Of a DNA stretch of 64,000 nt, positions 34,243 through 46,923 are shown piece by piece (position 1 is the first letter of the stretch; the number at the start of each line of letters is the position of its first letter). The position numbers were made by a program, and so were the translations under genes. The notes under the pieces are model-generated. The model had not been told where the DNA came from and did not search any database. It worked only from the letters and a program-made list of their open reading frames with translations. The stretch comes from Phyllosticta citribraziliensis (Eukaryota), in contig NW_027117340.1 in NCBI RefSeq assembly GCF_038025025.1, positions 1,178,001-1,242,000 on the forward strand, written 5' to 3'.

Positions 34243-37014
34243 CTAATACACGAAATACGTCTGTGCCAAAGGCAAAACCTCACTTGGCTCCGCCGTGCAG
34301 ACCTTGCTGTCAGCCTCGACAATCTACACCAAGTCAGCATCAAGTTTAGCTTCATAGAGTATGGAAAACTCACATATCTCTCCGGGTCAACCTTCATCTT
34401 GGGCATGGCATCGTTGAACTTCATGTCGGCCTTTGTTACGCTGCGGCAGCCCTTGACAGCTTCCACCCTCTTCCTCAGCCCGTAGCTGTCAACAATGCCA
34501 TTGTCGATGCTTGCCTTGCTGACCCAAGTGATGCTCGTGCTGGGCACCATGGGCGCAAACATTGGGCGCATGATGATGGGCTCGATGGTTGGAATACTGG
34601 CGTTGGGGTCGCCCATTTGCGCGCAGCTAATCATGCCGCTCTTAAGCACAAGCTTGGGCTTGGTACCAAAGTTGCGCGGCTCCCAGACGACGAGATCGGC
34701 CAGCTTGCCGGGCTCGATGCTGCCAATGAGGTGACCCATGCCCTGGGCAAGGGCAGGGTTGATGGTGTACTTGGAAATGTAGCGTTTGACACGGAAGTTG
34801 TCGGCGCCCGTGTCAGCGTCCTCCGGGAGTGACCCGCGCTGCACCTTGTTCTTGTGCGCCGTGTGCCAGGTGCGGGTAATGACTTCGCCGCAGCGGCCCA
34901 TGGCCTGAGAATCAGAGGACATCATGCTGATGGCACCAAGGTCGTGTAGGACGTCTTCGGCAGCGATAGTCTCTGCGCGGATGCGCGATTCGGCAAAGGC
35001 AACGTCTTCAGGGATGTCGCGCGAAAGATGGTGGCAGACCATGAGCATATCAAGATGCTCATCAAGGGTGTTGCGCGTGTAGGGGCGGGTCGGATTCGTC
35101 GAACTGGGCAGAACATTGGGATGCTCGACAACAGAGATGATGTCTGGAGCATGACCACCTCCAGCACCTTCGGTGTGGTAGGTGTGAATAGTCCTGCCCT
35201 TGAAGGCCTCGATTGTCTGCTCAACGAAGCCGGATTCGTTGAGCGTGTCTGTGTGGATAAGAGTCTGGACGTCGTACTCGTCACAGACTGAAAGGCAGGC
35301 ATCAATGGCGGCGGGCGTGCTACCCCAATCCTCGTGCAATTTTAGCCCGACAGCTCCAGCTTCGCACTGCTCTCGAAGCGGCAACAGCTCGGCGTCGTTT
35401 CCTTTACCTGTGATGCCAAGGTTCAGGGGCAAATGATCAACCGCCTGAAGCATTTGCCGAAGGTGGGTCTTGCCCGGAGTACATGTTGTAGCATTCGTCC
35501 CAGTGCTGCTCAAGTCAGTCCATGTCGAAAGTCAAGGGGGACACCACAAACCTCGGCCCAGTTCCTCCACCAAGCATCGTGGTGATTCCAGACGCAATCG
35601 CCTCGTACGACTGTTGCGGGCAGATGAAGTGAATGTGAGTATCAAAACCTCCCGCCGTGACAATCTTGCCCTCGGCAGCAATAACATCAGTGCCGTTCCC
35701 AACGACCAAGTCGGGATGCACGCCCTTCATGACGTCCGGATTGCCCGACTTGCCAATCGCCACGATGTGCCCATGTTTGATGCCAATGTCAGCCTTGTAG
35801 ATGCCCGTGTAATCGACAATGAGCGCATTCGTAATGACAGTGTCGAGAGACTCGGCATCGGAGCGGCCGCCTGCTTGGCCCATACCCTCACGCAGCGATT
35901 TGCCGCCTCCAAACGTGCACTCGTCCCCGTACAGCGCCATATCTTTTTCCACCCTGACCCAGAGGTCCGTCGCTCCGAGGCGCACCAGATCGCCTGTCGT
36001 GGGACCATACATGCTAATGTAGTGCTGCCGCTCCATGGATGCAACATCGATGTGCGCCAGATCGCCTGCAGGCTCTGGGACATGCAAAAAGCCGCCAACT
36101 TGCAGCTTCTCTAGCAAACCCTCCGCAATCTGCACGTCACCAATATGTCCCGTAGCAATGCCATTGCCGCCTTTGATGATTTGGTTCCCGTCAATGCGAA
36201 CTAGCGTGACCGTCTTGGTATCGCCCGGCTCAAATCTGACTGACGTGCCAGCGGGAATGTCGAGGCGGAAGCCCCGCGCGCGCAGCCGGTCAAACTCAAG
36301 CAGCGGGTTCGTCTCAACGAAGTGGTAGTGTGAGCCAACTTGTATTGGCCGATCACCCTTGCTCGTGACACGCAGCCGCGTCCTGTAGCGCCCCTCGTTC
36401 AGCACGATGCGGTCCTTGACCGCAATGATGGCTCCCGGCTGGCGCTCTGGGGCGTATGCGCTGGGCTCGGCCAGCGCAAAAAGATCGTTGTCCGGTATGG
36501 GCAGGAAGCTGCCGAAGAGCGCCTTCGCGAGGTCTCCGTCGTCCGAGGCAATGGGATGGTGCACCGTGACGAGATATGTGCCCGTGGGAAAAGTGCCCTC
36601 GACTTGGAGCTCGGTCAGCGAGCTGACGACGGAGGGGAGAACGTGTCGGCGGCCAAGCATCTGCTTGCCAATGGACATGAGATCGGCGACGGTGTGGCGG
36701 CCATCACGAATGAGCTATTGCGGAAAGTGTGAGCCATGTTGTCGCGGTGGAGATCAAGGTCAATACCTCTTGGAGGTTGTTTGCGATCAGCGCCTGGAGT
36801 CGAGTCAGTTGGGACGCCGTGATATGACGCCAATGGCACTCACGGTAGCTTCGGCATGATTGAGCTTGACACCTCGAGCAAGGCGGCGCTGGGCGAGCAG
36901 GCCAAGCTGCGTAATAACGAGCTTGTCGATCTGGAGATGTGGTGTCGTTAGCCGTGGAGCTCGTTTGGAGGCCGCGGGGTTTGCTTGGCTGACCTCTCTT
37001 GGGCAGAGCTGCAT
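34243..37014 (-). CDS. URE1: Urease (fused gamma-beta-alpha chain); 6 exons
   Basis: [98 protein letters not shown]. Confidence 0.98.
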
Positions 37015-37499
37015 GGTGACACAATTCGGAGTGCCGACGACGTGGCTAATACGAGGCCAGGCCAGCAGTCTATCCCATCTGCTTTCAAAGAAGGACTTGA
37101 AAAATGGCTAGGGAAAAACAAAAGCAGGTCGCGGAGCTCAAGATGCGGAGCTTCAGGCATGTCCCCAGACGCAGAGGTCAGTCCCCGCGCTAGACAGTGA
37201 GCGATAAGCTTTCTGTTATCGTAGCTAAGCCGCATGACAGCTGCTTTTCACAGCAGTGCGGCGTCGAATCATGTCCTCATCAATTTGCGCAGCTATCTCC
37301 GTACATTTTTTGAGTGCTTCCAGCTGCACCCCATGCTCCTCCAGACCGTCAAAATCCGTGACACCGCAAGCAATTTTGGTCCTCCAAGCAATCGTCAGTG
37401 GCAATGGCTGGCTAGAGCTGTGACGAACCCCCAGCTTTATTCCACATTCGCCAACGCCAAAAAGCAAATGGCCGTCTACGCCTTGCCAAAATCAATCCT

Positions 37500-39001
37500 T
37501 TAAGCGGTGGCACCCTCGCTCTTGCGCTTGCGCTTGCTCTTCTTCTCGGGTGCTGGCGTGGCGGGAGCCGTAGCAGGTTCAGGAGCCGGCGCCGCGGCAG
37601 CCTCGTCAGCCTTGGACTTGCGGTTGCGCTTCTTCTTTGGCTCAGTCTCCTCGACCTTCGGCTCAACCTTGGGCTCCTCCTTGGCCGCTGCCTTGGGCTC
37701 CTCCTTCTTGACCTTCTTGTCAGCCTTGGCTCGGATGACCGGAGTGCTGGTGACGCCAGCAGTAGGCAGGGGGATAGGAGTGCCCACCTGAGCCGGGGCA
37801 GCAGCCGGAGCAGCGGCGGCACCATTCTCCTTGCCCGTCTTGCGACGCTTGTTGCCCTTGGGTGTCTTGGTCTCGGCCGGGGGAGTGGGAGCCTTGGGAG
37901 GTGGCGAGGGCTCCTTTTCAGACTCCTCTTCTTCAGACTCCGTTTCGCCTGAGCCCGACTCTGATCCCTCTTCGGCGGCGACGGCACCCGAGTTGGCGTC
38001 ATCGGCCATCTCAACATCCTCCTCAGTGGCGGCAGGAGACTCCACGGCAGCTTCGGCACCAGCGGCGGCCTTGTCGGCCTTGTACTTTTCCATGTCCTTG
38101 AGGTATTGGTCGCGGTTGCGGACGTAGACTTCTTTCCAGCCCTGCGCCGTGTTAGAAAGGCTCGTGATCTACAACATGGGGGTCAACTTACGTTCTTCTC
38201 CTCCTCGGAAAGGTTCAGCCAGCGCCTGTGGATCTCCTGCTCAATGTGGCCTGGCTGTGCCTCGGGACCAAGATCCTGCTTGACAATAGGACGCGCAGAG
38301 GCGGCGTACAGAAAGTAGATGGTCAAGGGCCGCTTGGGTTCATTGGGATCCTTCTCCTTCTTCTCCTTCTTCGCGCGCTTGGCCTTCTTGGGCTCCTCGG
38401 CGGGAGCGGCGGCGGCGGGGGCAGCAGATGCGCCAGCTTCAGCAGGGCTGTCATTGCGCAGGGCGCCGGCGAGAATGTCGCTGCTGAGGGGGTTGGAGAT
38501 GCCGATTGTGTCGAGGCTGTGGGGAGTAGAGCCCAGCACCGAGTTGGTGTGCTTGATGTAGGATCGCAAGAGCTCGCTGACGGCCGTCTGGAGCGTCGTC
38601 AAGCCGGTGACCACCTGCAAGAAGACACTCTCATTAGGATACGATTGAAACTGGATCAAGAGATGAAGCAGCGCGTGAGACAGCTCCCCAAGCTGGCGAG
38701 AGAACGCGTCGAGTCCTACGCGAACGCGATGCGCCTGAGCCGGCGGGAATGGCGTCATGCGAGGCATTGACGCGAGGGAGGCCGAGGACGCGACGAGAGC
38801 TGGTTGGCGCGCATGGTTTCGTTTTATGGCGCAATGCAGCGGCTGATGTGTACATGGTCCAATTGTGTTGGGGGAGGCCAGCAGGGAGGGAAGGTCGGAT
38901 GAGGTGGGTGGTGCGCGACTTACAGAGTCACGGGTGCGGGCGAAATCCTCGACCGAAATCATCAACTCGGCCGTCTTTTCTTCCTTTTTGGGGCGCCCCA
39001 T
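37500..39001 (-). CDS. HMG-box non-histone chromatin protein (Hmo1-like) with Lys/Ala/Pro-rich tail; 3 exons
   Basis: KEKDPNEPKRPLTIYFLYAASARPIVKQDL...IHRRWLNLSEEEK|GWKEVYVRN is an HMG box. Introns at 38923-38615 and ~38190-38142. Confidence 0.88.
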
Positions 39002-40713
39002 GGTTGCGAATGATGGAACAGGTGTCTGGGAGGGCTGGGTGTTTGTTGGGGGAATGATGGAAGGGAGGAAAAGAAGAGGAGGAGAGGCGACCGGAGCAAG
39101 CGAAACGATGGGCAGCCAGTGGGGTTTTAACAGAGCGGCACCCCCCGTGGCAGGCGGGTTTTTTTGGCGCACGACCGCTGGCCACAGGCTCCCCAGCACC
39201 CACTCACAGGCTTATCCGGCTGCAAATGCCCTACGCGGCCGTCGTCTCGGCCTCCGTTGCTCTGTGGCCCAACGATAGGCCCCTCCGCTGCACCTGCCAG
39301 GCTGTCTGCTTGCCTTTTAGGGCCTGTCCTGCAGCCTCTCGTCTCGCCACCCACTGCTTCCAGGTAAGGTAGGTACTGCGGTCCAGCTTGGTTGTCTCCT
39401 CGCACAGGGCCTCTTACCCTCCAACCCTTTGCCATGCTAGGCCCTCTTTCTCTTCTGTAGCCGCCGACACCCAGGCCTACCGTCGACCTTGTAGTACACC
39501 CGACCCCCCAATTTTCGCCGTTTTCCTGCACCTTGCCATACTCCTGTCCATCACTCTTTCAACGATCCACGCATCTCCACGCTTTGCCTTGCCTTGGGTG
39601 CTCCGCCATCGTCTCCACCCAAGGCCTACCCATGCTCAGGTCGCCAACAGCATGTGAAAAATTGACTGCTCCCAAATATTCTTGTGTCGTCGCACAACAG
39701 ACGGGTCGATCACATCTCGGATGTCCATCTTTACCTTTGCAGGCTTTCTGTATCTTCTTTGATTGAAAGGACCCCCTTATCTCTTGCCATCTTGTTTCAC
39801 TCCTCGTTGATTGACTTGTTCGACGTTTTGATCCACCAACCCGTCCTCTTGATCCGACGCCTCTGTCGCCTCGTCCTCACATGCTTGGGCGGGCACCAAA
39901 GTCTTTCTATACTTGCCTTCACGTCACAGCGCACACTTGATGAGAATTTGCATCATTACTATCTGCTCGTCGTCGTCGTATCTGTCATGCAATGCCATGC
40001 CGTGCCGTGGTCAATGTCGTCCCCGATGGAAGCCAGTCCTACTATACAATGGGGCAAATCGATTAAGGGAAGGGAAAAGTGTAAGCAAGAAAACCAGTCG
40101 AGCAAGAAAAGACGAACTCGAGCCACCGAGCAACCTGAAGGACGTTTTGCCTGCACCTCTGGTGAACTCCGTCTTCAGCGAAACTTCAGGGGGCCGTTCG
40201 GTATTCGCCCTGCGCCTTGCGATGCCATGAAGAAGGCATACTGAGTGGAGAAAAGAGCCAAATGTACAAGAAGAAAGTACTCGACGTGAGTCGATGAGTC
40301 CAATCAAGAACCGCGAGACGAAAAAGCATACTGGCCAGGCCAGTGGCAGTAGCGGTGCGGATAATCAAGATTGAGAGCAAGAAGCAAGCGCTTCGATGTC
40401 GTATACCGCTCAATGGCGAGGGCAAAAGGACTTTAGACTAGCTTGCAATCGATGTCAGTATTGTGCCAGGGTACAGAAAACAGGGTGGAGGAGTCTGTTT
40501 TGAGCTTACCGTATTCGAACGACCCGACTTCCGAGCCAAGTTAATGACAGCAGTGAGAACTGGATCCGAGCATAACGCAAAAGCAGTGGGTGTGTCCGCC
40601 AACTCAATGGCAGCACTTGAAAGGCGAAGCTACACCAGCAGCCAGCTCAGTTGTGTAAGTCGACATCAACAGTCGATCAATCCCACGGATTTGAAAGGCA
40701 ACCCCCAGGCTTC

Positions 40714-43700
40714 TCAAACGATGTCGCACATCTTGAGGATGTAGAAGACGAGAAGCAGCACAACGCACTCGCCAATCGCCACGCCGAGGCCGAGCTTCTT
40801 CTGAAGCGTGCCGACGTGCTCGATTTCGCCCTCTGAAAAGTAGAACATCAGGGTATCAAAGTACCCGAAGTACATCAGCAAGCTGCAGGGACCGAACCAG
40901 CCCACCGACCAGAAGAGCTTCCAGGACATGTCCTTCTTGCGCTTGACCAGGTCGTCAAACTCGGCAGAAGCAGGGCGCGAAAACGGAGCAAGCCTTGGCG
41001 AAATGTGACGCTGGGGCTCACCCAAAGTCGTCGGCGTGCACACTGGCTGGTCGCGAAATGAGCCGCGGCCGGTCTCGATGTCGCTGACCCTCCTGTGGCG
41101 ACGGATTCGCTGCGTGTCGAAGCTGGTGGTGCTCGGGCCCGCGGTTTCGCTGTAGAGACGAAGGGGAAGCACAGACTTCTGGCCACGTACAGCGGCACGA
41201 GGGTGAAGAGGGTCCATCCTGCCCCCGTGGAGACTGGTCTTGGGCATCTCACTCAAAGTCCTCTCGTCAAGTCTTTCGGACACACGGCGGCGTTCCTCCA
41301 TGCGCCTGTTAGCAAGAGTGTCTTCGTAGTGAGAGGAGGCGCGCGGCCTCAGGCGCCGCATGTACCGCAGTTGGTCGAGCCCATGGTCACCCGTGCTGCT
41401 CGCCAACGAAGGGGACGTCTTGCGAGACGCCTTGTAGCTGCTGGCGCTCGGCGTGTTCGACATGGCCCTTTTGGGAGTTTTGTATGACGCGCCCGGGAAA
41501 ACTGCAGCCATGGAAGAGCGAGATGAAGAGGCAGCATCGGTGCCGCCCGCCATGGGGATGTTGAACAGGGGATCTTCACTCCGGAGCCGCGTGGGCGACG
41601 TCAGTGCTGCACTTGGAGTGCTCAAGGTTTGGCAGTCCAGAAGAAGCGGCTGGCGAGCCAAAGGGCTCGACGACGGTGGTGAAATGCCAGCATACACCCT
41701 ATGGCGAGGCGTTTCCGGGGTTTCGAAGCCCGAGGGACCCGACGGACGTCCAAGCGGAAGCGGAGGGGGCGACGAGGGAATATCCTGAGACTTGTCGTTG
41801 CCAACAGGAACGGCGCCAGGAAAGTCGCGTATATATCCGGTCATTTGCCTCACTGAGAGGTCACCTCCGCAAGAGTCGACGGCCAGTTGCGACTCTCTCG
41901 GAAAGCGCGGCATCTCCTGCAACTCCATCTCGACAGGCGCGTCTGTGGTTGCGTTCTTCTTGTTACGCCATGGGTTGGTGTCTGACCGCTTGGGGATCAG
42001 AATGGCGTCGATGGATTTACGAGGCGAAAGCTCATCAAAAGATGGCTTACGCCGAAGAGCTTGCTTGCCTTTAGCCTGGGCGGGCGACACCTCGGGTGTG
42101 GTGCTGTAGTAGTAGAGAGCGGGGTCGCTTTGATATTCGCTCGCTCCCTCATCGGTGACCCATTCGGTTTCCGTGTCGACACGCAGGCGCCCAGATGAAT
42201 CTGTGGTCGCAAACCGGCTTGGGATGGAGCGTTGAGATTTGGTGTTCGGCGACACCTTGCGAGCCCAAATGGCTGGAATTTTCCCGGTCGCTTCATCGTG
42301 GTGAACTTGGGTGTCGGTGGATTCAGCATCGGTGTTAGATCGAGGCGTAGCTGGGCGCTTCACGAAGCTGATTCCTGCCTCGCCGAGAATACCGCCTCCA
42401 CTCGACTGAGTCGAGCAACTTTCCCAGCTGTCGCGGTGCGTCTTCAGCGCATTTTCAAGATAGAAAGGATCTTGACGTTCCATTGGCGAGCTTTGAGTGC
42501 TGCACTGGTCGATTAGGCCCTGCAAAGGCGACTCAGGAAGACGGTCGCCGCTTTGAAACGAGTGACGTTTGCCAACAGAGAGATCCGACACTGGAGAGGG
42601 CGATGCAGGGAAAAGGTTGAGCAGTCGGTTTGTATCGCCGTAGGAGTCCTGTCCAGACAATTCGGTTGAGCCAACAGCGAAGAAACGCGGGTGTTGAGGT
42701 GATCCTCGAGGCGGTGGCGATTGAAGGGGAGGAGCACCGATTCGAGAGTCGTGGACGTTGGTTCGGAGCTTTGGGAGAAATGACCGGCCCTGTGCTTGAG
42801 CCAGCGGGCTACCGCTATGCAGAAAAGCAGACGGGCGCGTCTCTTCGTCTTGCTCGGACGACGAACCCGCCTGGTCATGGTGGAAAACCGGCGTGCCGGT
42901 CTGAACATGAGCCAAGTGAATTGTTTCCTGCTCGTCGACTCCAGTCGCATCGTCGATTTCATTCTCGTCGCGAGAAGACGTGGCGACAGAAGATCCGGTC
43001 GGCTTGCCGATATTGAAGCCATCATCACCGTAGCGATCAATGATGCTACCGAGAGTGGTGTCATTGATGTGAGAGAGTCCACGAGACTGCTCCAAGCCCT
43101 CTTGAAGCGAGTTGCGGTTCGACTTAGACCTCCACATGTCATCAGCCGTGCTGACTTCGTTGCTGTAGTCCGTGGCCTTGTTTCTAACACCCCACGGAAT
43201 GCTGCCGCGGTTGCTGATTGGCCCAAAGTACATGGAGCCAGGACCACCATTTGATTCGCGATATACAGACGAAGGTGCAAAGCTGAAAGGTCGGTCCGAG
43301 TTTCGCCTCGTGTCGCCATTCGACTCTGGGTAGACAGAAGATGGAGCCAAGCTGTAGGGGCGCTCCGAAGGACGCTCCGAGATGGATTCCCACGCACTGT
43401 TGTCGAGCGATGGGCGGTTGTCATCGGCTTCATCTTCGACTGCAGAGTCGTGCGGCGACTCATGCAGGGCTCCGTCCAAGGAGAAAGACTTGACAGGAGT
43501 TCCATCTTCGTGCAACTCTTCAAGCTCCTGCTCTTTCTCATGCGTCGACTTCGAGGGTGAACCGAGTATTCTCTCCTTCACGCGGTCCATGAATGAGGTA
43601 CCACGCGGGCTCTTGAGTGGCGAAGAAACGCCAGAGTTGCCCGGGTGGTTTGAGCTGAAGCTCCGCGGCGTCTCGATGTTGGACGGCTTCTTGCCAACGG

Positions 43701-44825
43701 GAGTTTCGTCCAGATTTGGAACGCTGAAAAACCGGCGTTCTGGCGACTGCAGACGCTCGTCGCGTGGGCCATGCACTTTTTGCTGGGCGATAGATGCATA
43801 GGCGCTCTCAAGGTCGGCGAAAATCCTTCGGCCTTGGGGCTCTTGTTTGTTGTCGCCCCCCTTTGGGGAGCTGTCAGACTCAGCCGCCATATCTCCAGGG
43901 AGCAGGCCTTTGAGTGAAGGGTACCTATCAACGAATTCATTTCCGGTCTCTATCTCGGGGTCTTCGGGGGGTTCAAAGTTACTGTTATAAAGAGATTTGC
44001 GTGGATTGACCACGTCGAAGGAAGCACCACGGTAATGCAAGGTTGCTGGAGTCGCCGGTGGTGTGTCAGGCAATGTGAATGTTACGTCCTGCGGTAGGTG
44101 AGGCGATGCAGGCAATATATTGACACCAGAAACCCGCTCAAGGTTTACGTGTGATGGCGGTTGCGGAAACGGATATTTAGAGAGGGTGAAGGTTGAGCTA
44201 TCACTCCACCCAGCGCTGGAAAGCAGGTCTATACTCGAGTTTTCCGAGTAGAAAGAAGCTCTAGGACGCGCGTGTACGAGATTGATCTTGTCAGGGCGCG
44301 GCAGGCGTTTTCTTGAGCCAAGCTTCTTTGCGAAGGACAATGGGCGTTCTAGAAGATTATTTTTGCCTTGAAGGGGCGCGTTCGACGCGTCACTCGCGTG
44401 TTCACGGCAAGAGGCGTCGAGCAATAGCGACGCGGGTGAAGGTGGAGCCTTGAAGACTGTTAGGCGCGGCAAGAGTGCGAACGGTTGTATTAACTCACAA
44501 GGAGAGGTTGTGCCTCGTCGCCAGAAGGCCTTCTCACTGAAGGCACCTGATCGCCGACAGGAAGCTGATTTTGCTCAGCAAACGTCACCCGAGGGGATTG
44601 GTTTGTGGATTTCAGGCTCGAGGCGGCAGTCTTGCGCTTGACACGCTTGCTGCCAACCAGATCTGGCGTGCAGGGCAGGGAAAGCTGCTTGCGATATTCG
44701 TGTAGAGACAAGGACTGGGGATGAGAAGTGACGGACGACTGAGAATGAAGAGACGGCCGTGGAGAATGTAGAGGGGTGATGGGCGTAGCAGAGCGCTGGT
44801 GCAGCGCTGCCATAAACGTAGCCAT
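40714..44825 (-). CDS. Large (~1350 aa) Ser/Pro-rich hypothetical protein with C-terminal transmembrane segments; 2 exons
   Basis: The long 1252-aa ORF joins in phase to ORF 44825-44499 through intron 44498-44449 (GTGAGT..CTAAC..AAG). Ordered islands SLSLHEYRKQL and ATLHYRGASFDVVNP; two hydrophobic stretches at the C-terminus. Confidence 0.8.
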
Positions 44826-46923
44826 GGTCCGTGGGTTCGCTTAATGTGCTTAATGTGGCAGAACACTGTGGCGTTTTGCAGTCCAGCCACACCAGGCGTG
44901 GTGTTTTCCCAGGTGCTCGCAAAGTTTCCTTCTCCGCAACCTTGACAGCACCGATGTCATACTACCTGCCCTGGGATGACGACACTATCCGGGAAGACCA
45001 CACAGGAGGTATCTCCTGTCCTTTGAAGATGTCGTCACTGAACAATGCAGGGACGAGATGAGACTCCCACAGGAGCACGACTGCTACCCGGCACCTTGGG
45101 CTATTGGCTTCTGACCCATCGTTAGACAATGTCCAAGGTCAATGAAGGGAGTCCACCTGCCGTCTATTCTTCAGACCGAGACTCATCTTACACGCCAACC
45201 CGACGAAGCTCCCTTCAAAATCTTTTTGGCAGCCCCAAGCTCTTTAATGTCTCTGGATCCTCAAATACCACGGGACGAAAAGACCTCGGCGCTGGACGGG
45301 GAATCGTTGGTGAAAACTGCCGCTGATAGTGTGCTGATGGTCCCGGGGGTTGATGAAACTGGACGACAATCTAGGGGATGAAGGCCCAGGAACGCAAAAG
45401 ACGTGACAGAGAAAGAGAAGAAGAAAAGCAATGAGCTGAAGGACGTGAAGACAACGTGGGTGCGGGGAAAGATCAGACTCTCAAGAGGAAGCCGCAAAGC
45501 ATGGTCGCTCGAAGCAAAGGGGGAAGCGGCGGACGCCATGAGATAAAGAGACTGGGCAGAGGACACTACGGCCAAAAGAAATGTTTCCAACGGACGTCGA
45601 GAAGGAGCAAATCCGCGTGCCCAACCGTTCGCGGCCGGGTTGTACACCATGATTCGAAGACGTGTGGTCGGCGTTACCTTGCACCAGGCTCTGTCCCTGG
45701 TCCACCCCATCTACATTGCCACGGGCGCATCCAATCAGCAGCCAGATGTGGCATAAGACGTGAGGGTGCCTGCGCAGGAGCCGTACGCCGCTAGTTGAAC
45801 CTGCACCAATCACCCAGGTCAACGGCTAGCCCATGTCATTCGTAATGGCAGACAGAGTCGCGCGTGTGGAGCCAATACACGGCCACAACGCCTGACGGCA
45901 CTGGGCTGGCATGAAGCGGAGGCCGCGGATACGGTCAGCTGTGGCAGACAGGGCTTGAGAATGGGCAATCATCGGCCGTGAGCCACTACGATGAGTGAGA
46001 CTACGCCTTCGGGGATGGGGATTGGTCACGCGCGAGATGGCGAAGAGGAGTGAAGACGCGAGTTGCAAGAGGAAGGTTGGCTCGTGAGGCGCGTAGCCAA
46101 AGATCCTAGCGCGACCGGCCCCCACTAACCGAGGATCAGATTCAACGTCATCCCATCAACCCGCAAACTCCTGTCTTTTGCCTTTGCATCTGCTGAGCGC
46201 TGGCGCCTCTATGGTGGATTCACTTGCCTAGTTTTATCGGCTTCTCCCAGCTCGCTGCGTCAATCCAGTATCGACCCACCCAGGTGCTTTTTCCAACATG
46301 TGACGACGGGAGCATGAAGAGCTTCTGAGGAACACGGAATCAACCTTGCCCCAGGTCACCGCATCAGAGAAAGCACTGATCTGCGGATTTGGGCTACTCC
46401 AGACTCACAAAATGTTGCCGATCTCAAGCCCGTGCAACCAGGTATAGTACTTCCGTGCTGCCATGGGCCGACAGAGCAGTCAATCATGGGAATGTCCGCA
46501 TTGGTACGCAGCTGAAGAAAATGGCGATGACCGCGTGTAGGGTGAATTTCTAGAAAGAGAAGTGTTGCCAACAAAGACGGAAGGAACAAAGTACATAATG
46601 AGCTCGGACAGCAAGCGCCAGTTCAAGCGCATCCAGACTCAACATCTCACTTTTCGCGCTCTCGTTTTCATCAGAGCCCTCCTCTGTCTTCTATCGACCT
46701 ATTCTTTGCTCATCGCCTCTTAGCAGGGTCTTCAAGTTCTGAAGAATCGTTCGGACGATCAAGCCGCTTCCAAAATCAACGCCCAAGACCTGCCGCTGGG
46801 AGACTCCGGTGTCACACCCCTTTTGCTTTGAGCAGCTTCAGGGAATGCCGAGCTGTTCGTTTCCATCCCAACACTCCAAGTAAAAGAGGTAGCACCTCTG
46901 TCCCGTGCGACCAGGGGATACAC

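Noticed and set aside
44900..46900. Short ORFs in the 2-kb divergent intergenic region
   Set aside because: No codon bias or motifs; most likely UTR and promoter sequence.
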